24,000 nt of DNA from Methylococcus capsulatus (GTDB lineage: Bacteria > Pseudomonadota > Gammaproteobacteria > Methylococcales > Methylococcaceae): NCBI RefSeq assembly GCF_036864975.1, contig NZ_CP104311.1, positions 2,273,513 to 2,297,512 of the forward strand, in the 5' to 3' direction. Each line of letters starts with the position of its first letter. The stretch's first letter is position 1. The translations under genes and the position numbers were made by a program. The notes under the pieces are model-generated. The model was not told the DNA's origin and ran no database searches. It saw only the letters and a list, made by a program, of their open reading frames with translations. Positions 14,865 through 22,238 of the stretch are shown in pieces.

Positions 14865-16448
14865 ATGGCACTTAGCACCGCAACCAAGGCCGCGACGGAC
14901 GCGCTGGCTGCCAATCGGGCACCCGCCAGCGTGAATGCACAGGAAGTGCACCGCTGGCTCCAGAGCTTCAACTGGGACTTCAAGAACAACCGGACCAAGT
15001 ACGCCACCAAGTACAAGATGGCGAACGAGACCAAGGAACAGTTCAAGCTGATCGCCAAGGAATATGCGCGCATGGAGGCCGTGAAGGACGAACGGCAGTT
15101 CGGCAGCCTGCAGGATGCGCTGACCCGTCTGAACGCCGGCCACCGCGTTCACCCGAAGTGGAACGAGACCATGAAAGTGGTTTCCAACTTCCTGGAAGTG
15201 GGCGAATACAACGCCATCGCCGCCAGCGGAATGCTGTGGGACTCCGCCCAGGCGGCGGAACAGAAGAACGGCTATCTGGCCCAGGTGCTGGACGAAATCC
15301 GCCACACCCACCAGTGCGCCTACGTCAACTACTACTTCGCCAAGAACGGCCAGGACCCGGCCGGCCACAACGACGCCCGCCGCACCCGCACCATCGGGCC
15401 GCTGTGGAAGGGCATGAAGCGGGTGTTCTCGGACGGCTTCATCTCCGGCGACGCGGTGGAATGCTCCATCAACCTGCAACTGGTGGGCGAGGCCTGCTTC
15501 ACCAACCCCCTGATCGTCGCAGTGACCGAATGGGCCGCCGCCAACGGTGACGAAATCACCCCGACGGTGTTCCTGTCGATCGAGACCGACGAGCTGCGCC
15601 ACATGGCCAACGGCTACCAGACCGTGGTCTCCATCGCCAACGATCCGGCTGCCGCCAAGTACCTCAACACGGACCTGAACAACGCGTTCTGGACCCAACA
15701 GAAGTACTTCACGCCGGCGCTGGGCATGCTGTTCGAGTACGGCTCCAAGTTCAAGGTCGAGCCGTGGGTCAAGACCTGGAACCGCTGGGTGTACGAGGAC
15801 TGGGGCGGCATCTGGATCGGCCGTCTGGGCAAGTACGGGGTGGAGTCGCCGCGCAGCCTGAAGGACGCCAAGCAGGACGCTTACTGGGCACACCACGATC
15901 TGTATCTGCTGGCTTATGCGCTGTGGCCGACCGGCTTCTTCCGCCTGGCCCTGCCGGATCAGGAGGAAATGGAGTGGTTCGAGGCCAACTATCCGGGTTG
16001 GTACGACCACTACGGCAAGATCTACGAGGAATGGCGCGCCCGCGGCTGCGAGGATCCGTCCTCGGGCTTCATTCCTCTGATGTGGTTCATCGAAAACAAC
16101 CACCCGATCTACATCGACCGGGTGTCGCAGGTGCCGTTCTGCCCGAGCTTGGCCAAGGGCGCCAGCACCCTGCGCGTGCACGAGTACAACGGCCAGATGC
16201 ACACCTTCAGCGACCAGTGGGGTGAACGCATGTGGCTGGCCGAGCCGGAACGCTACGAGTGCCAGAACATCTTCGAGCAGTATGAAGGCATGGAGCTGTC
16301 GGAAGTGATCGCCGAGCTGCACGGCCTGCGCAGCGATGGCAAAACCCTGATCGCCCAGCCGCATGTCCGTGGCGACAAGCTGTGGACGCTGGACGACATC
16401 AAACGTCTGAACTGCGTCTTCAAGAACCCGGTGAAGGCATTCAATTGA
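14865..16448 (+). CDS. mmoX: Soluble methane monooxygenase hydroxylase alpha subunit
   Basis: 527 aa, MALSTATKAATDALAANRAP..., recognised as MmoX. Di-iron ligand motifs are visible (EVGEYNA, LDEIRHTHQ, GEACFTNP, ETDELRHMANG). GGAGGA RBS at 14851-14856. The 14790 track start is a TTG extension. Confidence 0.98.
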   Translation: MALSTATKAATDALAANRAPASVNAQEVHRWLQSFNWDFKNNRTKYATKYKMANETKEQFKLIAKEYARMEAVKDERQFGSLQDALTRLNAGHRVHPKWNETMKVVSNFLEVGEYNAIAASGMLWDSAQAAEQKNGYLAQVLDEIRHTHQCAYVNYYFAKNGQDPAGHNDARRTRTIGPLWKGMKRVFSDGFISGDAVECSINLQLVGEACFTNPLIVAVTEWAAANGDEITPTVFLSIETDELRHMANGYQTVVSIANDPAAAKYLNTDLNNAFWTQQKYFTPALGMLFEYGSKFKVEPWVKTWNRWVYEDWGGIWIGRLGKYGVESPRSLKDAKQDAYWAHHDLYLLAYALWPTGFFRLALPDQEEMEWFEANYPGWYDHYGKIYEEWRARGCEDPSSGFIPLMWFIENNHPIYIDRVSQVPFCPSLAKGASTLRVHEYNGQMHTFSDQWGERMWLAEPERYECQNIFEQYEGMELSEVIAELHGLRSDGKTLIAQPHVRGDKLWTLDDIKRLNCVFKNPVKAFN

Positions 16449-16458
16449 AACGAGCGTT

Positions 16459-16482
16459 GGGCTCCGTCGCAGAACGGGGCCC
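16459..16482 (+). other. GC-rich stem-loop in the mmoX-mmoY spacer
   Basis: GGGCTCCG-tcgcagaa-CGGGGCCC: an 8-bp stem with one mismatch and no U-tract, starting 11 nt after the mmoX stop. Confidence 0.4.
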
Positions 16483-16526
16483 GACACACAATCGTTCGAT
16501 CAACATCAAACTAAAGGAACATCGAT

Positions 16527-17696
16527 ATGAGCATGTTAGGAGAAAGACGCCGCGGATTGACCGATCCGGAAATGGCGGCCGTCATCCTGAAGGCGCTTCC
16601 CGAAGCTCCGCTGGACAGCAACAACAAGATGGGCTATTTCGTCACGCCGCGCTGGAAGCGCCTGACGGAATACGAAGCCCTGACCGTGTACGCGCAGCCC
16701 AACGCCGACTGGATCTCCGGCGGTCTGGACTGGGGCGACTGGACTCAGAAGTTCCATGGCGGCCGTCCGTCCTGGGGCAACGAGACCACGGAGCTGCGGA
16801 CGGTCGACTGGTACAAGCACCGCGACCCGCTGCGCCGCTGGCACGCGCCGTACGTCAAGGACAAGGCCGAGGAATGGCGCTACACCGATCGCTTCCTGCA
16901 GGGCTATTCCGCCGACGGCCAGATCCGGTCGATGGACCCGACCTGGCGGGACGAGTTCATCAACCGGTACTGGGGCGCGTTCCTGTTCAACGAATACGGA
17001 TTGTTCAACGCCCATTCGCAGGCTTCCCGCGAGGCGCTTTCGGACGTGATCCGGGTCAGCATCACTTTCTGGGGCTTCGACAAGATCGACCTGGCCCAGA
17101 TGATCCAGCTCGAGCGCGGGTTCCTGGCCAAGATCGTGCCCGGATTCGACGAATCCACCGCGGTGCCGAAGGCGGAATGGACCACAGGCGGCATCTACAA
17201 GGGGGCCCGCCTGGCGGTGGAGGCGCTGTGGCAGGAGGTGTTCGACTGGAACGAAAGCGCCTTCTCGGTCCATGCCGTCTACGACGCGCTGTTCGGCCAG
17301 TTCGTCCGCCGCGAGTTCTTCCAGCGGCTGGCGCCGAAGTTCGGCGACAACCTGACGCCGTTCTTCATCAACCAGTCCCAGACCTACTTCCAGATCACCA
17401 AGGTGGGGGTACATGACCTGTACTACACCACCCTGGGCGATGATCCGGAATTCGGCGACTACAACCGTACAGTGATGCGCAACTGGACCGGCAAGTGGCT
17501 GGAGCCGACGATCGCCGCGCTGCGCGACTTCATGGGGCTGTTTGCGAAGTTGCCAGCCGGCGCCACCGACAAGGAAGAAATCATCGCATCCCTGTATCGG
17601 GTTGTCGACGACTGGATCGAGGACTACGCCAGCAGGATCGACTTCAAGGCGGACCGCGACCAGATCGTCAATGCAATTTCGGCAGGACTGAAATAG
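16527..17696 (+). CDS. mmoY: Soluble methane monooxygenase hydroxylase beta subunit
   Basis: 389 aa, MSMLGERRRGLTDPEMAAVILKALPEAPLD..., recognised as MmoY. AAGGAA RBS. Conserved operon position. Confidence 0.97.
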   Translation: MSMLGERRRGLTDPEMAAVILKALPEAPLDSNNKMGYFVTPRWKRLTEYEALTVYAQPNADWISGGLDWGDWTQKFHGGRPSWGNETTELRTVDWYKHRDPLRRWHAPYVKDKAEEWRYTDRFLQGYSADGQIRSMDPTWRDEFINRYWGAFLFNEYGLFNAHSQASREALSDVIRVSITFWGFDKIDLAQMIQLERGFLAKIVPGFDESTAVPKAEWTTGGIYKGARLAVEALWQEVFDWNESAFSVHAVYDALFGQFVRREFFQRLAPKFGDNLTPFFINQSQTYFQITKVGVHDLYYTTLGDDPEFGDYNRTVMRNWTGKWLEPTIAALRDFMGLFAKLPAGATDKEEIIASLYRVVDDWIEDYASRIDFKADRDQIVNAISAGLK

Positions 17697-17707
17697 GAGT
17701 TATCACG

Positions 17708-18133
17708 ATGAGCGTAAGCAGCAACGCGTACGATGCCGGCATCATGAGCCTGAAAGGCAAGGAGTTCGCCGATCAGTTCTTTGCCGAAGAAAATCAGGTG
17801 GTCCACGAAAGCGACACGGTCGTTCTGGTCCTCAAGAAGTCGGACGAGATCAATACCTTTATCGAGGAGATTCTTCTGACGGACTACAAGAAGAACGTCA
17901 ATCCGACGGTGAACGTGGAGGACCGCGCCGGCTACTGGTGGATCAAGGCCAACGGCAAGATCGAGGTCGATTGCGACGAGCTGACCGAGCTTTTGGGCCG
18001 TCCTTACAACGTCTATGACTTCCTCGTCGACGTTTCCTCGACCATCGGCCGGGCCTATACCCTGGGCAACAAGTTCACCATTACCAGTGAGCTGATGGGC
18101 CTGGACCGCAAGCTCGAAGACTACCACGAATAA
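17708..18133 (+). CDS. mmoB: Soluble methane monooxygenase regulatory protein B
   Basis: 141 aa, [25 protein letters not shown]...[13 protein letters not shown], recognised as MmoB. TAGGAG RBS. The 17495 track start lies inside mmoY. Confidence 0.97.
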   Translation: MSVSSNAYDAGIMSLKGKEFADQFFAEENQVVHESDTVVLVLKKSDEINTFIEEILLTDYKKNVNPTVNVEDRAGYWWIKANGKIEVDCDELTELLGRPYNVYDFLVDVSSTIGRAYTLGNKFTITSELMGLDRKLEDYHE

Positions 18134-18143
18134 GGAGACCGAC

Positions 18144-18647
18144 ATGGGCATACACAGCAACGACACCCGCGACGCCTGGGTGAACAAGATCGCACAGCTC
18201 AACACCCTGGAAAAAGCGGCCGAGATGCTGAAGCAGTTCCGTATGGATCACACCACGCCGTTCCGCAAGAGCTACGAGCTGGACAACGATTATCTTTGGA
18301 TCGAGGCCAGGCTCGAGGAAAAGGTCGCCGTGCTCAAGGCGCGCGCCTTCAGTGAGACGGATTTCCGCCACAAGACCGCTTTCGGCGAGGACGCCAAGGC
18401 GGTTCTGGATGGCACCGTCGCGAAGATGAACGCGGCCAAGGACAAGTGGGAAGCGGAGAAGATCCACATCGGTTTCCGCCAGGCCTACAAGCCGCCGATC
18501 ATGCCGGTGAACTACTTCCTGGATGGCGAGCGCCAGTTGGGTACCCGGCTGATGGAGCTGCGCAACCTCAACTACTACGACACGCCGCTGGAAGAGCTGC
18601 GCAAGCAGCGCGGCGTGCGGGTGGTGCATCTGCAGGCGCCGCACTGA
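18144..18647 (+). CDS. mmoZ: Soluble methane monooxygenase hydroxylase gamma subunit
   Basis: 167 aa, [40 protein letters not shown]..., recognised as MmoZ. AAGGAG RBS at 18132-18137. Confidence 0.95.
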   Translation: MGIHSNDTRDAWVNKIAQLNTLEKAAEMLKQFRMDHTTPFRKSYELDNDYLWIEARLEEKVAVLKARAFSETDFRHKTAFGEDAKAVLDGTVAKMNAAKDKWEAEKIHIGFRQAYKPPIMPVNYFLDGERQLGTRLMELRNLNYYDTPLEELRKQRGVRVVHLQAPH

Positions 18648-18710
18648 CGGGAGGAAGTCTCGCCCTGGACTCCGACGGCATCGCCGTGAGGTCAGGGGGC
18701 AGGGATGCCG

Positions 18711-18747
18711 TTCCGGGCCGGTCTGCCGGCCCGGAATCTTTGGTTTT
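18711..18747 (+). terminator. Intrinsic (rho-independent) terminator or attenuator inside the mmo operon, between mmoZ and mmoD
   Basis: Perfect 11-bp GC-rich stem TTCCGGGCCGG-tctg-CCGGCCCGGAA (18711-18736), followed by TCTTTGGTTTT (18737-18747). Oriented for the + strand: the opposite side has no T-tract. Confidence 0.7.
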
Positions 18748-18800
18748 CAAGGGGCGTGCCGGTCCCGGCTCCCCCCTCCATCTTTCGTAAGGAAATCACC

Positions 18801-19112
18801 ATGGTCGAATCGGTATTTCAGCCCTTTTCGGGCGACGCAGACGAAGGGTTCGAGGAACCACGGCCCCAGACCGGTTTCTTCCCTTCCGCGGACTGGCATC
18901 TGCTCAAACGGGACGAGACCTACGCAGCCTACGCCAAGGATCTCGATTTCATGTGGCGGTGGGTCATCGTCCGGGAAGAAAGGATCGTCCAGGAGGGTTG
19001 CTCGATCAGCCTGGAGTCGTCGATCCGCGCCGTGACGCACGTACTGAATTATTTTGGCATGACCGAGCAACGCGTCCCGCCAGAGGGCGGGACCGGCGGG
19101 GTTCAACATTGA
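18801..19112 (+). CDS. mmoD: MmoD (OrfY), sMMO-associated small protein
   Basis: 103 aa, MVESVFQPFSGDADEGFEEPRPQTGFFPSADWHLLKRDETYAAYAKDLDFMWRWVIVREERIVQEG..., recognised as MmoD. The 18705 track start lies in the terminator region. Confidence 0.93.
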   Translation: MVESVFQPFSGDADEGFEEPRPQTGFFPSADWHLLKRDETYAAYAKDLDFMWRWVIVREERIVQEGCSISLESSIRAVTHVLNYFGMTEQRVPPEGGTGGVQH

Positions 19113-19124
19113 ACAGGTAAGTTT

Positions 19125-20171
19125 ATGCAGCGAGTTCACACTATCACGGCGGTGACGGAGGATGGCGAATCGCTCCGCTTCGAATGCCGCCCGGACGAGG
19201 ACGTCATCACCGCCGCCCTACGCCAGAACATCTTCCTGATGTCGTCTTGCCGGGAAGGTGGCTGTGCCACCTGCAAGGCCTTGTGCAGCGAAGGAGACTA
19301 TGACCTCAAGGGGTGCAGCGTGCAGGCGCTGCCGCCGGAAGAGGAGGAGGAAGGGTTGGTGTTATTGTGCCGGACCTATCCCAAGACCGACCTGGAAATC
19401 GAACTGCCCTATACCCATTGCCGGATCAGTTATGGCGAGGTCGGCAGTTTCGAGGCCGAGGTCGTCGGCCTCAACTGGGTGTCGAGCAACACAGTTCAGT
19501 TCCTGTTGCAGAAGCGGCCCGATGAATGCGGCAACCGGGGAGTGAAATTCGAACCTGGCCAGTTCATGGATCTGACCATCCCCGGTACCGACGTTTCCCG
19601 CTCTTATTCGCCGGCAAACCTGCCCAATCCCGATGGCCGGCTGGAGTTCCTGATCCGTGTGCTGCCGGAAGGGCGGTTTTCGGATTACTTGCGCAACGAT
19701 GCGCGTGTCGGCCAAGTCCTTTCGGTCAAAGGGCCGCTGGGGGTGTTCGGGCTCAAGGAGCACGGCATGGCGCCGCGCTATTTCGTCGCCGGCGGCACCG
19801 GGCTGGCGCCCGTGGTCTCGATGGTGCGGCAGATGCGGGAGTGGACCGCGCCGAACGAGACCCGCCTCTATTTCGGCGTCAACACCGAGCCGGAATTGTT
19901 CTACCTTGACGAGCTCAAATCCCTGGAACAGTCCATGCGCAATCTCACCGTGAAGGCCTGTGTCTGGCACCCGGGCGCGGACTGGGACGGCAGGCAGGGC
20001 TCGCCCGTCGATCTGCTGCGCGAAGACCTGGAGGCCAGCGGCGCCCGGCCGGACATTTACCTGTGCGGCCCGCCGGGCATGATCGATGCCGCTTGCGAAC
20101 TGGCACGCAGCCGCGGTGTTCCGGGCGAACAGATCTTCTTCGAAAAGTTCCTGCCGTCCGGGACGGCCTGA
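19125..20171 (+). CDS. mmoC: Soluble methane monooxygenase reductase ([2Fe-2S] ferredoxin + FAD/NADH domains)
   Basis: 348 aa. Plant-type ferredoxin Cys pattern [13 protein letters not shown]...LLC. FAD motif RSYSPAN. NAD motif [12 protein letters not shown]-terminal CGPPGM. Confidence 0.97.
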   Translation: MQRVHTITAVTEDGESLRFECRPDEDVITAALRQNIFLMSSCREGGCATCKALCSEGDYDLKGCSVQALPPEEEEEGLVLLCRTYPKTDLEIELPYTHCRISYGEVGSFEAEVVGLNWVSSNTVQFLLQKRPDECGNRGVKFEPGQFMDLTIPGTDVSRSYSPANLPNPDGRLEFLIRVLPEGRFSDYLRNDARVGQVLSVKGPLGVFGLKEHGMAPRYFVAGGTGLAPVVSMVRQMREWTAPNETRLYFGVNTEPELFYLDELKSLEQSMRNLTVKACVWHPGADWDGRQGSPVDLLREDLEASGARPDIYLCGPPGMIDAACELARSRGVPGEQIFFEKFLPSGTA

Positions 20172-20185
20172 AGCGGGGGAGTGCC

Positions 20186-20506
20186 GTGAGCGCCGAGCAG
20201 TTCCCGCCCCAATTCCTGCGTGAAATGATCGAGCAACTGGACGCCAGCATCCAGGAGCTCACGCGCAAGGAAAAGGGACTTGCCGCCTCCCTGGGCAGCG
20301 GCCGGGTCGCCGAACTTAGAGAGTACTGGGATCAGGTCCTCTCGCCCGAGGAAGAATGGGAGCTCAAGCAGAGCATGGACTTCCGAGATCGGGAATTGCT
20401 TTGGATCTGGTCCCGCCTCAGACGCGCCCGCACCAGCCGCGCCAACGCCGGAGAGGCCTATATGCGTCATCTCTCGCCGGTGGCGCGAATAAACCATAAA
20501 TCCTGA
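20186..20506 (+). CDS. Small hypothetical helical, Trp-rich protein between mmoC and mmoG
   Basis: The frame stays open after the mmoC stop. GTG 20186 is preceded by GGGGGAG; ATG 20225 is an alternative start. Third positions are mostly G/C in this frame. Ends 20 nt before the mmoG ATG. No recognisable domain (..EYWDQVLSPEEEWELKQSMDFRDRELLWIWSRL..). Confidence 0.5.
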   Translation: MSAEQFPPQFLREMIEQLDASIQELTRKEKGLAASLGSGRVAELREYWDQVLSPEEEWELKQSMDFRDRELLWIWSRLRRARTSRANAGEAYMRHLSPVARINHKS

Positions 20507-20526
20507 ACTGAACTGGAGTCGCCAAC

Positions 20527-22206
20527 ATGGCAAAGGAAGTGGTCTACAACGGGAATGCGCGGCAGCGCATGATGCAGGGCATCGAGATCCTCGCCCGGGC
20601 GGTGCTGCCGACGCTGGGCGCCAGCGGCCCCAGTGTCATGATCCAGCACCGCGCCGAGGGTTTGCCGCCCATTTCGACCCGGGACGGTGTTACTGTGGCA
20701 AATTCCATCGTGCTCAAGGACAGCCTGGCCAACCTCGGCGCCCGGCTGCTACGGGACGTCGCCGGCACCATGTCCCGCGAAGCGGGGGACGGCACCACCA
20801 CCGCTATCGTGCTGGCCCGCCACATCGCCCGGGAGATGTTCAAGAGCCTCAGCGCTGGGGCCGATCCCCTTGCGCTCAAGCGCGGCATCGACCGGGCCGT
20901 CGCCTGCGTGAGCGGAGACATCCGGGGGCGGGCCCGGCGCGGCGATCAGGAGTCGGTCATCCTGGGGGTAGCCGCAGTGGCGACCAAGAACGAGCCCGGC
21001 GTGGGCCGGCTGCTGCTGGAGGCGCTGGGCGCGGTCGGTGTCCACGGCGCCGTGGCGGTCGAACTGGGGCAGCGGCATGAGGACGTGCTCGACGTCGTCG
21101 ACGGCTATCGCTGGGAGAAAGGCTATCTGTCACCCTATTTCGTGACCGATCGGACCCGTGAACTGGCCGAACTCGACGACGTCTATGTGCTCATGACCGA
21201 TCGGGAGGTGACCGATTTCATCGATCTGGTGCCCCTGCTGGAGGCAGTGACCGAGGCGGGAGGCAGTCTGTTGATCGCCGCCGACCGCGTTCACGACAAG
21301 GCCCTGGCCGGCATTCTGCTCAATCATGTGCGCGGGGTGTTCAAGGCGGTGGCCGTCACCGCGCCGGGATTCGGCGACAAGCGGCCGAACCGCCTCTTGG
21401 ACCTGGCGGCGCTGACCGGCGGCCGCGCGATTCTCGAGGCTCAGGGAGACCGGCTGGACCGGGTGACGCCGGCTGATCTGGGGCGGGTGCGTCGGGCGGT
21501 CGTCAGTGCCGATGACACCGTACTGCTCGGTACACCGGGCACCGCAGCCTCCCGTGCCCGCCTGGAGGGTCTGCGCCGGGAGGCGGAGCAGTACCGGGCC
21601 CTCAAGCCAGGCCAGGGCTCGGCCACTGGACGACTGCACGAACTCGAGGAAATCGAGGCCCGCATCGCCGGTCTGAGCGGCAAGTCCGCGGTCTACCGCG
21701 TGGGCGGCGTGACCGATGTGGAAATGAAAGAGCGGATGGTGCGGATCGAGAACGCCTACCGCTCGGTGGTGTCCGCCCTGGAAGAGGGGGTGTTGCCCGG
21801 CGGCGGCGTTGGTTTCCTCGGCAGCCTCCCCGCTTTGGCGGAACTGGAAGCGCGCGACGTCGACGAAGCTCGCGGCATCGGCATCGTCCGTTCGGCGTTG
21901 ACGGAGCCTCTGCGGGTCATCGGGGAAAACTCCGGGCTGTCGGGAGAGGCCGTCGTCGCCAAGATCATGGATCACCCGAATCCGGGCTGGGGCTACGATC
22001 AGGAAAGTGGACGTTTCTGTGACCTCGACGCCCAAGGGATCTGGGATGCCGCTAAGGTGCTCAGGCTGGCCTTGGAGAAAGCCGCGTCGGTGGCCGGCAC
22101 TTTCCTCACCACCGAAGCCGTGGTACTGGAAATCCCGGACCGGGACGCTTTCGCCGGTTTCAGCGGCGAATGGGCCGCCGCGACCCGTGAGGATCCACGG
22201 GTCTGA
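20527..22206 (+). CDS. mmoG: GroEL-like chaperonin dedicated to sMMO
   Basis: 559 aa, Cpn60 fold with the ATP-site motif AGDGTTTA and GroEL-like blocks throughout. Its position downstream of mmoC matches M. capsulatus Bath. GGAG RBS at 20514-20517. Confidence 0.95.
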   Translation: MAKEVVYNGNARQRMMQGIEILARAVLPTLGASGPSVMIQHRAEGLPPISTRDGVTVANSIVLKDSLANLGARLLRDVAGTMSREAGDGTTTAIVLARHIAREMFKSLSAGADPLALKRGIDRAVACVSGDIRGRARRGDQESVILGVAAVATKNEPGVGRLLLEALGAVGVHGAVAVELGQRHEDVLDVVDGYRWEKGYLSPYFVTDRTRELAELDDVYVLMTDREVTDFIDLVPLLEAVTEAGGSLLIAADRVHDKALAGILLNHVRGVFKAVAVTAPGFGDKRPNRLLDLAALTGGRAILEAQGDRLDRVTPADLGRVRRAVVSADDTVLLGTPGTAASRARLEGLRREAEQYRALKPGQGSATGRLHELEEIEARIAGLSGKSAVYRVGGVTDVEMKERMVRIENAYRSVVSALEEGVLPGGGVGFLGSLPALAELEARDVDEARGIGIVRSALTEPLRVIGENSGLSGEAVVAKIMDHPNPGWGYDQESGRFCDLDAQGIWDAAKVLRLALEKAASVAGTFLTTEAVVLEIPDRDAFAGFSGEWAAATREDPRV

Positions 22207-22238
22207 AGGAGGGGGGGACGTGTTCGAACTCCGGGAGA

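Noticed and set aside
14847-16487. 546-aa ORF on the minus strand spanning all of mmoX
   Set aside because: It is exactly antisense to a gene of certain identity. The product is a low-complexity, Arg/Ala/Gly/Val/His-rich sequence with no recognisable domain. Long stop-free antisense frames are expected in GC-rich, strongly codon-biased genes.
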